A stretch of 64,000 nt of DNA, from contig CP075495.1 in NCBI GenBank assembly GCA_021613535.1, forward strand, positions 10,974,001 through 11,038,000. Direction: 5' to 3'. Shown here one piece after another: positions 23,168-35,803 of the stretch. The translations under genes were made by a program, and so were the position numbers. Within the stretch, counting starts at the first letter, position 1, and every line of letters starts with the position of its first letter. The notes below the pieces were generated by a model, which was not told where the DNA came from, did no database searches, and worked only from the letters and a program-made list of their open reading frames with translations. The stretch comes from Adineta vaga (taxonomy: Eukaryota > Animalia > Rotifera).

Positions 23168-24339
23168 TCATTCGATTAAATATTCTCTTTGATCAATTGA
23201 TATTCTGTTTGATTTATCAAACGGTGAGCGCCGTCTAATAGAAAACAATTGTGTCCTATCACATATGTTCAGAACATACTTACAAGCACTAGGAGGTAAT
23301 GAAGTACAAAGTTTTTGCGCTAAATTTAAATACCATCGATGTGTATTAAATGGATTTTCATTCGTATAAATGCCTTTATCGTCTCTTCACGAGTTGTTAA
23401 TGCACGGCTCGCTATCATACAATGATATCCTAATAGATTACATGTATAGAGTGCACTTGGACCTGTGATAATCAGTATAAAATAGGTTGGAATTGACTTG
23501 AGAAATGATCGCTTGTCATTCGAAATGAAAATCTATGATAAATAGAGATGTTTCATAATATTTCTATTTTCGTAAAAAAACAATGAATTTATCAATACTT
23601 GAATTAAACTTGTAATAAAGAAAAACAGATCTGTTTGTAATAGACATAGCAAAAATAAGATAAAAAATCGATAATTTCTCATTCCAATACATGTACTTAA
23701 AAATGGACAATGATGATCGAGCATTGCAATGCAATTCGAACATATCGGACAATGTGATGAACGTGGTGATCGAATCATTTGACATGTAATACAATATTTA
23801 CATTTTACTACGAAATCGTTTACTTGAATATCATATATGAGATTATTCAATTGATCCGGTGTTATTCGATTTAAATGAAATTTTTTATTTAAAATTGAAC
23901 GTTCTAGAACTGATGGACGTTGAATAATACCTGGTTCCGTACACATCGATCGAAAGAAATAGACTACATAGAATAGTTCAAGTCAAAATATTCAGTTTTT
24001 CTCTCTTGTTTTTCTCTCACTGTATGTATAGAAAATGAGAAGAAGACCAACGATAAGAATCAATTGATTATAAGGTAATTCATTCATTAGAATAGGTAAT
24101 TCAAAAACTAACCAGATAATAGTTGTTAATGAAATAAGACTAAGGAGAATAATGGCACCAGATAGATTTCTTCCAGTAACACAATGTCCATTGAAACAAA
24201 AATGATTCTTACCAGGATGAATTTGCCATCGACGAATATTTCCTAAACGTTCATATTGACTGCTTGAAGACACGTTTTCATCATAATAGATTATATAACG
24301 CGCGTGATTTGCATTCTTTTTTTCTTGTACCTTATTCAT
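23168..24339 (-). CDS. DHHC palmitoyltransferase, ZDHHC9/14/18 (Erf2) group, with an apparent frameshift near 23385
   Basis: RRWQIHPGKNHFCFNGHC N-terminal signature, TEPGII, CRD ..RSSHCPICSNCIAMLDHHCPFLSTCIGMRNYRFF, TTREE, then ENPF..LCTSLPPS in a shifted frame. Confidence 0.9.
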
Positions 24340-24563
24340 ATTGAGAAGGATGTCTATTACCTTTACTTTCTCACTTCAATGATATTGAGTTTTTTTTCTT
24401 CTTTGCACTCTTAGCTACAAGGTTTCTTTGTTATGTATCATTAAAACAAAAAGAACAATGATTATTTCACATATTATTCTAGATTAATATGAAATGGTTG
24501 ACTTGTTTTGTTTCGATTTTTTTTCTTTCAGATTATTTACTTTGTAGAGAAATAAACGATAAG

Positions 24564-24974
24564 ATGTGTATGAGAACTGACTGTAAAGAATGTGGAAAGC
24601 CTACATGGAAAGGTTGTGGAAAACATATTGAAGAAGCCTTAAAAGGTGTTCCAGACGATGAACGATGTAAATGTCCAAGAGAATCCTGTGCTGCAACTGC
24701 AGCTATAACGAAGAAAATTGAAGAAGTGAAAGTCGAATCAACAACTAAAGAAGAAACAAAAACTGATGAAACGAAAATCGAAGATGAATCTGCTGTTTCT
24801 GAAACAAAAGCAGAAGATAAAGTCATTGCTGCTGAAACAAAAGCTGATGAAGAAGTTAAATCTCATGAGACAACTGTCGAAATAAAAATTGATGATAAAT
24901 CGGAAGTAAATAAGGAAACAACAGCAGACAAGCAAAATATTAAAAGTGAAGAAGCCAAAGTAAAAGAAGATTAG
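24564..24974 (+). CDS. Intronless small Cys/His-rich domain protein with an acidic E/K/T-rich tail
   Basis: MCMRTDCKECGKPTWKGCGKHIEEALKGVPDDERCKC, followed by ETKxE/D-rich low-complexity repeats. Confidence 0.8.
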   Translation: MCMRTDCKECGKPTWKGCGKHIEEALKGVPDDERCKCPRESCAATAAITKKIEEVKVESTTKEETKTDETKIEDESAVSETKAEDKVIAAETKADEEVKSHETTVEIKIDDKSEVNKETTADKQNIKSEEAKVKED

Positions 24975-25564
24975 ATATTACTTTTATTCAATAAACATCT
25001 TTTTCTATTCATTCATCAATAAAACAGTGATACAAACTTTTTGAACAGATGATTGACAAAAAAAAACTTCCATCATTTTTACTCGACAGCCTGTCAACAA
25101 AGTGTTCTCAATAATTTGATAGAACATATTTAGTATGAATACTTATGTTATATTTGCTTTCTCATCACTGTCATTCTTTGCTCCATTGCATTCTCCTCTT
25201 GAGTACACATTTGTTGAAGAACATCGATTGATTCGATGTAACTAAGAGGCATTTTCCGTCAATAATCAGTTGGTTTAATTGTATACTTATCAAATTTCAT
25301 ACAACCATGACTGAAACTCAAAAAAATCATTTAATAGACTGCATTGTTCTATTCTACATTAGAAATAATAATCTCAGAGAATATAATTTCTATCATAGAT
25401 AAAGCATCGATTTTATAACGATAGATTTTCAAACTTGATTTGCAATCTTATCTTTTTTTGTGTATGATAAAGCACACAGAAATAAAAACGAGAAAAAAAA
25501 ACAGAAGACCATTCCTAATAATACAAATGAACAAAAAAGACGAGAGAAGAAACAAGGGATTATC

Positions 25565-27970
25565 TTAAATATGCCATGTATTATTGACTAGATGGATAAA
25601 ATCATCATCTTGATCAATAGCGATATTGAGTGCTTCATAAACATTAAGAAATTCGGAATAAGAAACACGTGGATAATCTAGGGCAAAACGAAATGTATCA
25701 CAGAAACGTGACCATAATTGTTCATCTGTTAAATGATCTAAATTATAAAGAAATATTACATTCGATCTATTTCATTCTTCCACTTTACTTTGAATTCCAT
25801 ATGGATGTCCATAGAGATTAACGAATTTCTTCATTGTATCGATATCTGTATGACCTGTTTTTGATGAATCTAATTTCGAATAAGCCTGAAAAAGAAATCC
25901 TTGATTAAAAGTATCAATATTATTTTTCGAAATTACCTTTATCACTTGTGCAAATCGTCTTTCATTCAATTCACCAAATAATAAATTAAGAAATTCATTT
26001 GCTTCACCTTGTATTGACATATGAGACCAAATATATGCAAAATGCTTTGATGAAAAGTAATCAATAATAAAAATACGAGTTAACTTCGTTTTCTTTAACT
26101 TACTCCTGCACTAAGATGTATTTTATATTCATGTAAACCAGCTAATAAATCTTCTTTTTCACATATACAAATCGAATCTTTATCGTCATGTCGATCTATA
26201 TGTGCTCGTCGACGATAATATTCAGCTAAACTTGTATAAACAATTAATGTTCGATTTTTCAACTGTGGTTTTGTTAATTGATGAACATCAGCTAAATATC
26301 TTTGATGTTCAAGTTGTTCAGTACTATATGGATGTTTAATAGAATAGAGAACTTCTCGACGTTTTAAATCTTGAATACCATCAAGTCTAAAAAGAAAGAC
26401 ATAAAATTGTTTTTTTTCTCTCTCGTGCGTAGTCTAAATAACATACAATAAAACTTGTTTTTCTTGTTCATTAATAGAAGTAATACATATTGTTAGTTTC
26501 GTTCGATGACGAACTGTCTCTGGTAAAGACACTATTGATCGAGTATCGAAATCAATACGAGCTCCCTAAATATATTGTAAAATATAAAAATCAAGATAAT
26601 ACTCTTGTTTCTTTTAGAAAATCTATACTTGATAAAAATCGAGTAACGTATATGGTTGTCCCTGATTATAACCTGATAAATGGATATATTGTGTACGAGG
26701 AATCAATGGTAATGCATTTGAACTATTTAGAATAAAATGAAGATAAAATTGAACTAGAATTTAAAATATACCGTTTGCCTAATATTCGATATTCATAAAT
26801 AGCTAATGTTCTATCCAACATGAAATAAAAACCAAATAATTCTCGTAATGCATCTTTTCCGTCTCTAAAGATACAGATAAAAGAACAATGAAATAATACA
26901 TAAAAATTTGGTTTTTTTTCTTGTAACCTGGTTAAAATTCGACATGAAAAACGAATACGTTTACTAAGTAAATTTTCTGTTAATGATGTACTTGTCTTAA
27001 CTCTAAAACATATCGAATTAATTGATAAAGATCGAGACTTTAAAGAATAGAATTACCTTGTGTCATGCATACGTCTATCAAGATTTCGTTTTGGTTGTTG
27101 TTGCATTATAATTGGTTTATGACGATCTTCTTCTTGTTCAATATCACTTAGAACATAACGGGATAATTGATCAGATAAAACTTGTTCATTCATTAATTCG
27201 TGTTTTCGTTGTTCATTTTGTTCTTCAGCAGCTACTTTCTGAAGAGAATCTTGATGATTACCACTTTCTAACCAAGCTAATTGAAATTGATCAATTGCAG
27301 AATTGACTGATGAAAAGGATGAATTTCGAGGAGTAAATTCTGTTTTTCCATCTAATATCATTGCTGGACGAACAGAATCTGGTAAACGAGTTGATAATGC
27401 TCGTTGAGAACGAGATGACATAGGACGTGGTGGAGGAACAACAACTTTAACATCCATTGCCGGAACACGATCTGGATTCAGATCATATTGAGTATTTTGC
27501 TGTAAATTGTATGATCAGATAAATGATTGACAAAAAATTCTATATCTTACCAATCGATTACCATGACGATTGGTATAAATAGCTTGTTGATGATCAAAAT
27601 TTCCGTATGCTCGACTTTCTGGTCGATGTGAACCTAAACGAGCACTCACACCTCCTTGTGCAGATGGTGGTCTAAAAGTATCATATTTCGAAAAGTATTT
27701 TTTCTTTGAGTTATATTGTACCTTGCGGATCCCTGATATTGTTTAGCTAAAGGTGGTGGTTGTCTATCACTATCAGTGACATCAGTTAGATCTAACGTTG
27801 GAATACTAAAACAAAAGAATAGAAAACAAACGTAATTTACTTAAAAATACATACATTGGTGTAGTTTGATCTTTGATAAAATGTGCCTTTTTACTGTAAT
27901 CAATTTTTTCTCCAGTAATTGGATTTGTACTTGTTTGTTGACGACGAGCAGAAGATGGACGATAGGCCAT
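25565..27970 (-). CDS. CAPS2: Calcyphosin-2-like EF-hand protein
   Basis: Multi-exon. IRFSCRILTRDGKDALRELFGFYFHVDRTLAIYEYR, NALPLI, FGELNERR..IKAYSKLDSSKTG, and C-terminal SYSEFLNVYEALNIAIDQDDDFIHLVNNTW. Confidence 0.8.
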
Positions 27971-28714
27971 ATTTATTCAATTTCTTTAATGATTTTTCAA
28001 TCAAATGAATTTAAAATTATACTAATATAACCACCATTATGGTTCAACATGTCACGATGACACCTCTTCCGTTCTTATGTACACAGGAGGAAATCGAACA
28101 GATGTCGTTCATTTAAAAGAACAAATTCTCTAAAATCAGCATTACTATAAGAAGTTGAACATTATTCTTATGCGATAAGAATGAAATGAAATTTGAGATA
28201 AATAACAAGAATCAATTTTTAATTAAACTAAATTTTTGCTGTGCAAATTATTTCTATACTATATTTACTATTTATTTTTAGTTTTCCTTTACAAAGTTTC
28301 TCTCATTGACCGATATAATCAATTATCAACTAAAATATAAAAAGCTGAACAATTCGATTGTATGTAGAACTTTGTGTGAGAAAATACTTGGTAAAATAAG
28401 CGCGTCTTATGTATAATGATACTCGATGGTTTCTATTTTGTATTATTCGGTATCTACCGACATCTTTCCGAACATCCAGGTTTCATTTTTTTTTAATCCA
28501 AATATTTTCAATATGGTATCATGTGGAATAAACAGGAATATGATTGCGACGAACGATGTCATCTGTTTGATTTATTTTTTTTGCTTTTCTACTATTTTTT
28601 TCGATATTTCGTTTTTGTTTTTTTCCACAAATTACGAACTTTTCCTTGATTTTTCTTCTTAATTATATTATTTATTTTTCTTTTTGTTACAAAGATTATT
28701 ATTTACCACTGAGA

Positions 28715-29714
28715 ATGGGCAATGTATGTCAGTGGTGTTGTAAAAGTTCCGACGAGTCACAATCAAATCAGAATCATAATGATGGATCGGCAATTACAAA
28801 TTCCCAACGATCTATAACTACATCGGAACCTACTGATAGAACACCGTTTGTTATTTTATAATTCATTAAAAATCGAATCTAATCTTCTCTTGTGATTATT
28901 TTCATTTTATTAGATTGTTATCAAAATCCGACAGTTATCATACATATCATCAACCGGTGAATACAGTTACACTTAATGCACCGACTAACATAGACTCATC
29001 GTCGTTTGTAACAACCATTGAACCACCACCACCACCACCGATGGTATATGAAAACCACAATGATTTAAATACACGTAAGTATTTCTTTCTCACTATATAC
29101 AAGCTTACATTATCTTTTTACATAAACAAACGACATATATAGATCTTTGTCATGATCAATAGAGAGCTCGTATCACGAGAGGAAAAAATTGAAATCAACT
29201 TCTTTTCTTTATATGAGATTTGATCCGTTTGTCGAAATGAAACGAGTCATAAAAACTGATTGCGCTTCTCAAACGAAAACTCTTAATAATGTTGTCGAAT
29301 AAATATTTGTTAAGAGAAAAAACCCTGCTACTGCTTTTTTTTATTGCAGCGAAATTTTCATCAAATGAGACGGCTGACTCATCGATGGCTATCATTGTTG
29401 ATCGTATATTACCAAATTTAATTGATGTTGGCGGTTGGGGTGCTACAACGCATCAAGCAAATGCTAATGCCACAAATTCTAACGCACAAAATGATCAATT
29501 AAAACAAATATTAAGTCAATCATTACAATCAAACCGAATTTCAGCTTTATTACCAGATGTTGGTACACCAAATTTGTCGTCATTGCTTTCAAATCGGCCT
29601 ATATCAGCTGATGTATGTCATTTCGTAGCGCATACTGCAAGTGAACTGTCCCGTCTACTAATTGATGAAATCAAGATTGTCCATAAAGAAGATCTTGTAG
29701 TTACATTCGAATAA
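28715..29714 (+). CDS. LAMTOR1: Ragulator subunit LAMTOR1/p18
   Basis: MGNVCQWCC acylation motif, DRTPLL dileucine signal, NLIDV, and C-terminal IKIVHKEDLVVTF. 3 exons. Confidence 0.8.
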
Positions 29715-29995
29715 GACAAATCCAAAGAAGATAGTGCTTGATTTTATATGGATGGTTTTTCTTTCGTTGTTTTTTTTTCTCGCTTTTTTACTACTTTGAT
29801 ATGCGATAGGAAAAGTAAACGAGTGCGTTTGGCCATTATTTTTGAATGTTGATTTCTGTTCCTCTTTTTCTTGTCTGTTTGTATTTCTTTCATTGATTTG
29901 ATTTCTTGATAGAGTTAACAACAGAACAAAACACATCTGTATTTGTGTATTGTAATTAGTCATTTTTTTAGATATAAATATTTTTAATCAGAACA

Positions 29996-31586
29996 ATGGT
30001 AATTTCAAACACAAAAATATATCGTTTTTATCCTTGTTTACAAAAAAAATTCTATTTTAAATAGACTTCTGATATAGAAAAAGATGCAAATGTGTATACC
30101 AGTGATAGAAGTGGTGTTACGACTGAAGACGAATTCTTCAATGAATTATTAAATGCACCACCTGAATTCGAAGATTGTTTAAGTGAGAAGAGAAAAGAAT
30201 TTTAATGATATCAATATGATATATTTTTTTTCATTTTAGTTCCTGATAAATGTCCAAATGAATTTGTAGCTCTTGAACATTTAACTCGATGTCTTAATCG
30301 ACGTTTTTGTACATATCCAGCAGTTTTTATGGGTCCATTGAAAGATGCATTAATAGAAGCTTTAAGCCCAAAAGATATCAATGAAGTAAATAAAAACATT
30401 TAATAGGATTTTATTTCTACGTTTTCTCTTTTCTTCCTTATTCTTAGCGTCGTCCACTTTTGGTTTATATTAATAATGACAAAAGTGTTTATACAAATTT
30501 ATTTTGTAAACAACTTTTATGCAATGAAAAAACTGTAGAATATTTAATGAGTAATTATGTTCTTTGGGCATGGGATGTTACTTACGAATCAAATGAACGC
30601 AAGTAAATAAGATAAGATTTTTCTACCATGAAAATAAGGGAAAAAAACCAATGACTCATTTATTTTTCTTTGTTTTCTGTCATCGACGACACACGGGATA
30701 GAGAATATTCGGGGTGTCTCCGTTGCTCCGCAGCTTTTGTTGTTGACTATATAGGAAAGAAGAAAATTTCTACCAACATATAATTGAAAGTGAAACATTC
30801 AGATTTTTATAGAAATTAGTTTAAGATCTTTTTTTTTTCGACGCTGTTATTCAAATATAATATAGATTCTATCGAATAGGTTTTAATAAGATGATATAGA
30901 TCGTTGTTTTATCAGTTTCACTTTGATTCGATAAGCTCTTATGTCTGCTTATTTTGTTCTAAGGTTAAATGACATATTGAAAAATGCTTTCGCTCCATGG
31001 TCCATCAACAAACAATTTCAGTCCGATGCAATCGATCAATATCCATTATTATTTGTTGTCTACCGAGATATTAATGGTGCTTTTACATTCCGTTATCTTC
31101 TCGAAGGTTCAAATAAGAAACAGTCTCTAAATGAATTTCTCAATTCTTTAAGTGAATTCAAAACTCAATTCTATACATATGAACAACAAATGGAAGCAGC
31201 AAAAGTAATTCATTTGTTTTTGTTTCTTTTATTTAAAAACAAAATCAATCTATATTTAGGAAGAAGCAAAACGTCAAACATTATTAAATCTATTTCAATC
31301 TCGTTCTGTTCATGATCGACGTAGAGATCGTCATTTCTTACGTTCAATCTCGATGTTACCACATTCGAATAATAATAATCAATTGAATGTAAATCAATCA
31401 AAATTTGCTCGATTGTACAGTGGTGATATTCATATGAGTTCACATAAACCTTTCTCCGGACAGTATCCAACAACAGAAGATTTGAAACGTGCATTTGAAC
31501 AATGTGAATTTGAGTCGGATGATGCTGATGATGAAGATGAGGAACGCACACCGACAGTTGGACATTCGAAACCGAAATTTCCGTGA
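29996..31586 (+). CDS. UAS-domain-only FAF1 paralogue (no UBA, UBL or UBX)
   Basis: ATG-only first coding exon, then IPDKCPNE..RRPLLVYINNDKSV..NLFCKQLL..EYLMSNYVLWAWDVT..YPLL. The open frame is intact across 6 exons. Confidence 0.8.
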
Positions 31587-31777
31587 TATGTTTCCTTCTT
31601 ATTTTTCTCACATTGACGATCAATTTATTCATTTCCGGTTCTATGCTTTTTCTTTCAAGTTTACTAATACTAGTGTTTTACTACTATTTTATTTTATTAA
31701 TAATCAATATTAAGCAATTTAGTTTACGCTGAATCATTTTAGATTTCATTATTCTTTATTTTCTTCAACAATTGAAT

Positions 31778-34700
31778 ATGAGTGATGCAAAACGTGACCA
31801 GATCCTGTCTGATTTTCAGGTATAGTTTTTCTTCCTAAAAAAATATATGAATTCTTTTATATTTCTTTTCATTTAGGAATGTACAGGTTTGGAAAATATA
31901 GAAGAATGCATAAGTCTTCTTCAACAACACCAATGGAATTTATTAGTAAATGTTCTTTTGTTTAAAAAAAACAATTCTTATCATATTTTGATTTATCTTT
32001 CATAGCATGCTGTACAAGCAGTGCATGTCCAGATCGGTGGTGGAGATAGTACAACTAATAAATCAACCATACCAAAACAGTCAAAAACAACAACACCATC
32101 AACTCATCGATCAACAACAATGACACAACATTCCTCTGTATTAAAAAAACCTACTCAAACTAGTAGCAATTCGAAACGAAATACGAATTCTGATGGTGCG
32201 GATGATTCAGATGAACCACGAGTTATCAAAAGTATACCAGGTGTTACAAGAATTAGTAAAGGAACAAATGAAGCGACCAGTCGAGGATCAGGTTTGATAT
32301 TATTTATTTCTTTAAAACGCATACTTAATCACACATATTCTTCTGAAGAATGCTACCATTTTTAAAGAGAAACTTATATTCATAGTTTCTCATTTTATAT
32401 TATAGCTCGTGAATTACATTTTATGGTTGAATATAAAGATCATACAGAAAATATTACAATACTGGACAACGAAACTATTCGTACGTATTCATGTTTTTCT
32501 TTTATGAATATTTCTATCAAATTCATTTCCTCTATATATTTTTAGATAAATTGCAAACAAAAATTAACGAAAGAATTCATGTACCTATCAGTCGACAAAA
32601 ATTTTCCAACTGGACGTCGAAACAATATGATGAGCATGTATGATAAATTTAATAAAGTGTTTTGTTCTATGACTAGAAAGTAGAGAAAGATTAAATTCTT
32701 AGCAATTTTTCTTAAGAAATATCAACACGTTTCAATTTTCGTAAATTCTATGAAGTGTATATCTCTTGATATGAATAACTATGAATTATTATGTTCACAA
32801 CAAATATATGAGTTTGTCTTTTGAATCTATTTAGACAATCTTAAAAGATCTTCATTTACCTAAAGATAACATAATTCATTTAATTTCAACAGCATCGACA
32901 CTATCGAATGGTGCCATGCGATCATCTTCATCTTCGACCAGTTCATCACATGCCACAAAGTATAAACTATTCATTTTCTCTTATGTTAATCACTCTTCTC
33001 TTTGATTCTAGTCGTACTCATCGTTATCCACTATCACCATCAGAAAAGATTTCAACGACTGCAGCAAGTAGTGATATTCCTATAACGGTACTTTGTGCAG
33101 ATAAATCAGGCAAAACTACTCCATATGAATTATTTATGAAACATAATGTAACAATTGGCGAAGTTTGTTATTGACTTTTATTGTTCTTTGCTTAGTAATA
33201 TTTTTGAATAATGAATATTTAGATTAAAAAAGAAATCGAACGTGTGGCTCATATTCCACTTCGACAACAAGATTGGAGTGGTTTGGGTAATACCAAAGAT
33301 TCAGTAAGATTTTTTAAAACGTCAAGTATGTGTTCTGATGATTATCTTTTCAGGATGAATTTCGTCGTACATCTATCGGCCGAAAAGGTCAACTTCTTGT
33401 ACGTAAAAATGAACCAACATCAATGATTAAACGCGATATTAAAGTAAAAATAATTTATTTCAATTCGATTTCAAATATTTTTCTTTTTTGTTATATTTTA
33501 TAGCAAACAACAATACAAAGACATAAAAGCGACGATGAAGTCATGGATATTGATCAAGATATTGATTTAGAACGTTTTGATGATGATATGGGTACTGTAA
33601 ATCAATTTGTATTGGGTTCAACAACGGTCAGTAGTGTTGCATCAAGTCGAGAATTACTTAGTAAGTGATCTATTTATGAAAGAAAAAAGTTCTTTCTTTA
33701 TCTCATCAACATTACAACTTAATAAGCACTACCGAAGAAATCCATTATTTTGATGTTTCTATCAGCTGTTCACTTCGCTAGATAATTCATCAAACTTCTA
33801 CTTTCTTTTCCTTTCCAGTTCCTGAGAATTGTACAGATGATACCATGGGTCTTGAACAATTTACTCGTGTTTTTCATGCACGCTATGGTTCCACTGGTCC
33901 AATACTCGATATCGGTTCATTAGATAAAGCTATTCAAGATTCAGTTAGTGCATCTCGTGCTGACGTAAGATTTTTTCTTCTAATCTTTCTATATAGAAAA
34001 TATTCTCTTGATTTGTTTTTCTTTTTATAGAGACGTCCATTAGTTATCTATCTTCATAATGATCGATCTGTTTGTGCCAATGTTTTCTGTGCTCAAGTAT
34101 TAGCTGCTGAAACAATTATTGAATATTTAGCAAATAATTATGTCGTATGGGCTTGGGATATGACATGCGATGCTAATAGAATAAGGTACATATAATAAAA
34201 TAAACCCATTTAATTCTATTTATCGCATTATTCTCTTGATTTTCAGGTTGTTAGAAATGTTCAAACGTTGTTTAGGTCCAACCTATACTCAGCAAATATT
34301 TCGAATGGAAAAAGATGCTTATCCATTGATACTTATTCTCACACGTTCTCATGGCTCTTTAGAATTGATTAATGTTATCGAAGGAAAGAGTACAACAAGT
34401 GAAGTACTACTTCAATTGATACAATCAAATGATGCATTTGAAGAACAAAAACAACGTGATGCTAAAGAAGAAACTGTACGTGAAATGCGTGAAAATCTTA
34501 AACGACAACAAGAAGATGAATATCATCAATCATTACAAGCTGATAAAGCTAAAGAAGAAGCACGATTAGAGGATGAGCGAAGACAAAAACGAGAAAAAGA
34601 TGCACATGATAAACGACAACAAGAACGATTGGTAAATGTTTTGAATATGCGAAATAACATACAAAGACAACATTACTATTTCATTTTTTAGAAAGAACAA

Positions 34701-35104
34701 CAAAGATGTAAGGCTAGTCTTCCTTCAGAACCAAGTGAAACAGAAAAAGACATAACTCGATTTAAAATTCGGTTACCAGATGATGAAGGTATTCTTATGA
34801 GACGTTTTCGTATTAGAGAAACACTTCAAGTACGTTGAATAAATTTGTTTTGAATTGTTGAACAAAAAATATTTTTTATTTTATAAATTTAGACTCTATT
34901 CGATTATTTATCCAGTCTTGGACGTATATTTGGTGAATACAAATTGTTAACTACATATCCTAAACGTGACGTATGTTTTTTCATAATTTATTGAAATATG
35001 ATTTTCATTCAATTTCATTCTAGTTAACAACACTCAATCGATCAGATACATTTGAACAGTTAAAATTATTTCCACAAGAACAACTTATTCTGGAAAATTT
35101 ATAG
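31778..35104 (+). CDS. FAF1: FAS-associated factor 1 (UBA-UBL-UBL-UAS-coiled coil-UBX)
   Basis: RDQILSDFQECTGLENIEECISLLQQHQWNL (UBA), LKDLHLPKDN (UBL), UAS WAWD, RENLKRQQEDEY..SLQADKAKE coil, UBX LPSEP..RRF..TTYPKRDL..LKLFPQEQL. Confidence 0.92.
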
Positions 35105-35803
35105 TATTTTCATTAATGATAAACTAAACATATATGTGTTTATATAAAATTCTTTTCTTTTCTCACATACGAGATGAAAACAAAACAACTTGAATGAGTT
35201 TGTATTCACTCGTGTATGCGCGTGTATATTGTATTCCTATTTTTGAAAAAAAAACACCTTATTTCTCTCTTTCTTTTCTAACACTATTGATCCTTCCTAT
35301 CGAGTCTTCACTCTTGGAAATAATGACATTTTTCTTTCCACTTGCATATCAATGTATGTTTCTTTTCTCTTATTAAAAAAACACATGATTTTATATCCTT
35401 AGACTATCTGATTCCAGCAACTATGAATAAAATTGCAACTGTAATGGTGTATATCTATATTAAAGAAGTTTATTGAATATGATTATATTTTTCTACAATC
35501 TTTCGTTCTTAGTTAAATTTATTTATCTTATTATTGAAATAACTTCATTTTCATACGAATGCACATCGTTCATCCATTACGTTCCGGGGCACATAATTGT
35601 TTAAGATAATGTATAAATGTATCTTACATAAACGAAACAAACAAAAAAGAGAAGGAACAGAAAAAAATCACTACCAATGATAACAAAAAAGGAATAGATA
35701 GATACGCAAACGAATGCGTATGTTTTCAATAAGAAAAAGAAAGAAAAGTAATATCTGTATCAAACAATAAGAATATGAATTTGACTTATCAGAATGGGGA
35801 TGA

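Noticed and set aside
25148-25255. 34-aa minus-strand ORF (MPLSYIESIDVLQQ...)
   Set aside because: Short, with no recognisable motif or splice link; compatible with chance.
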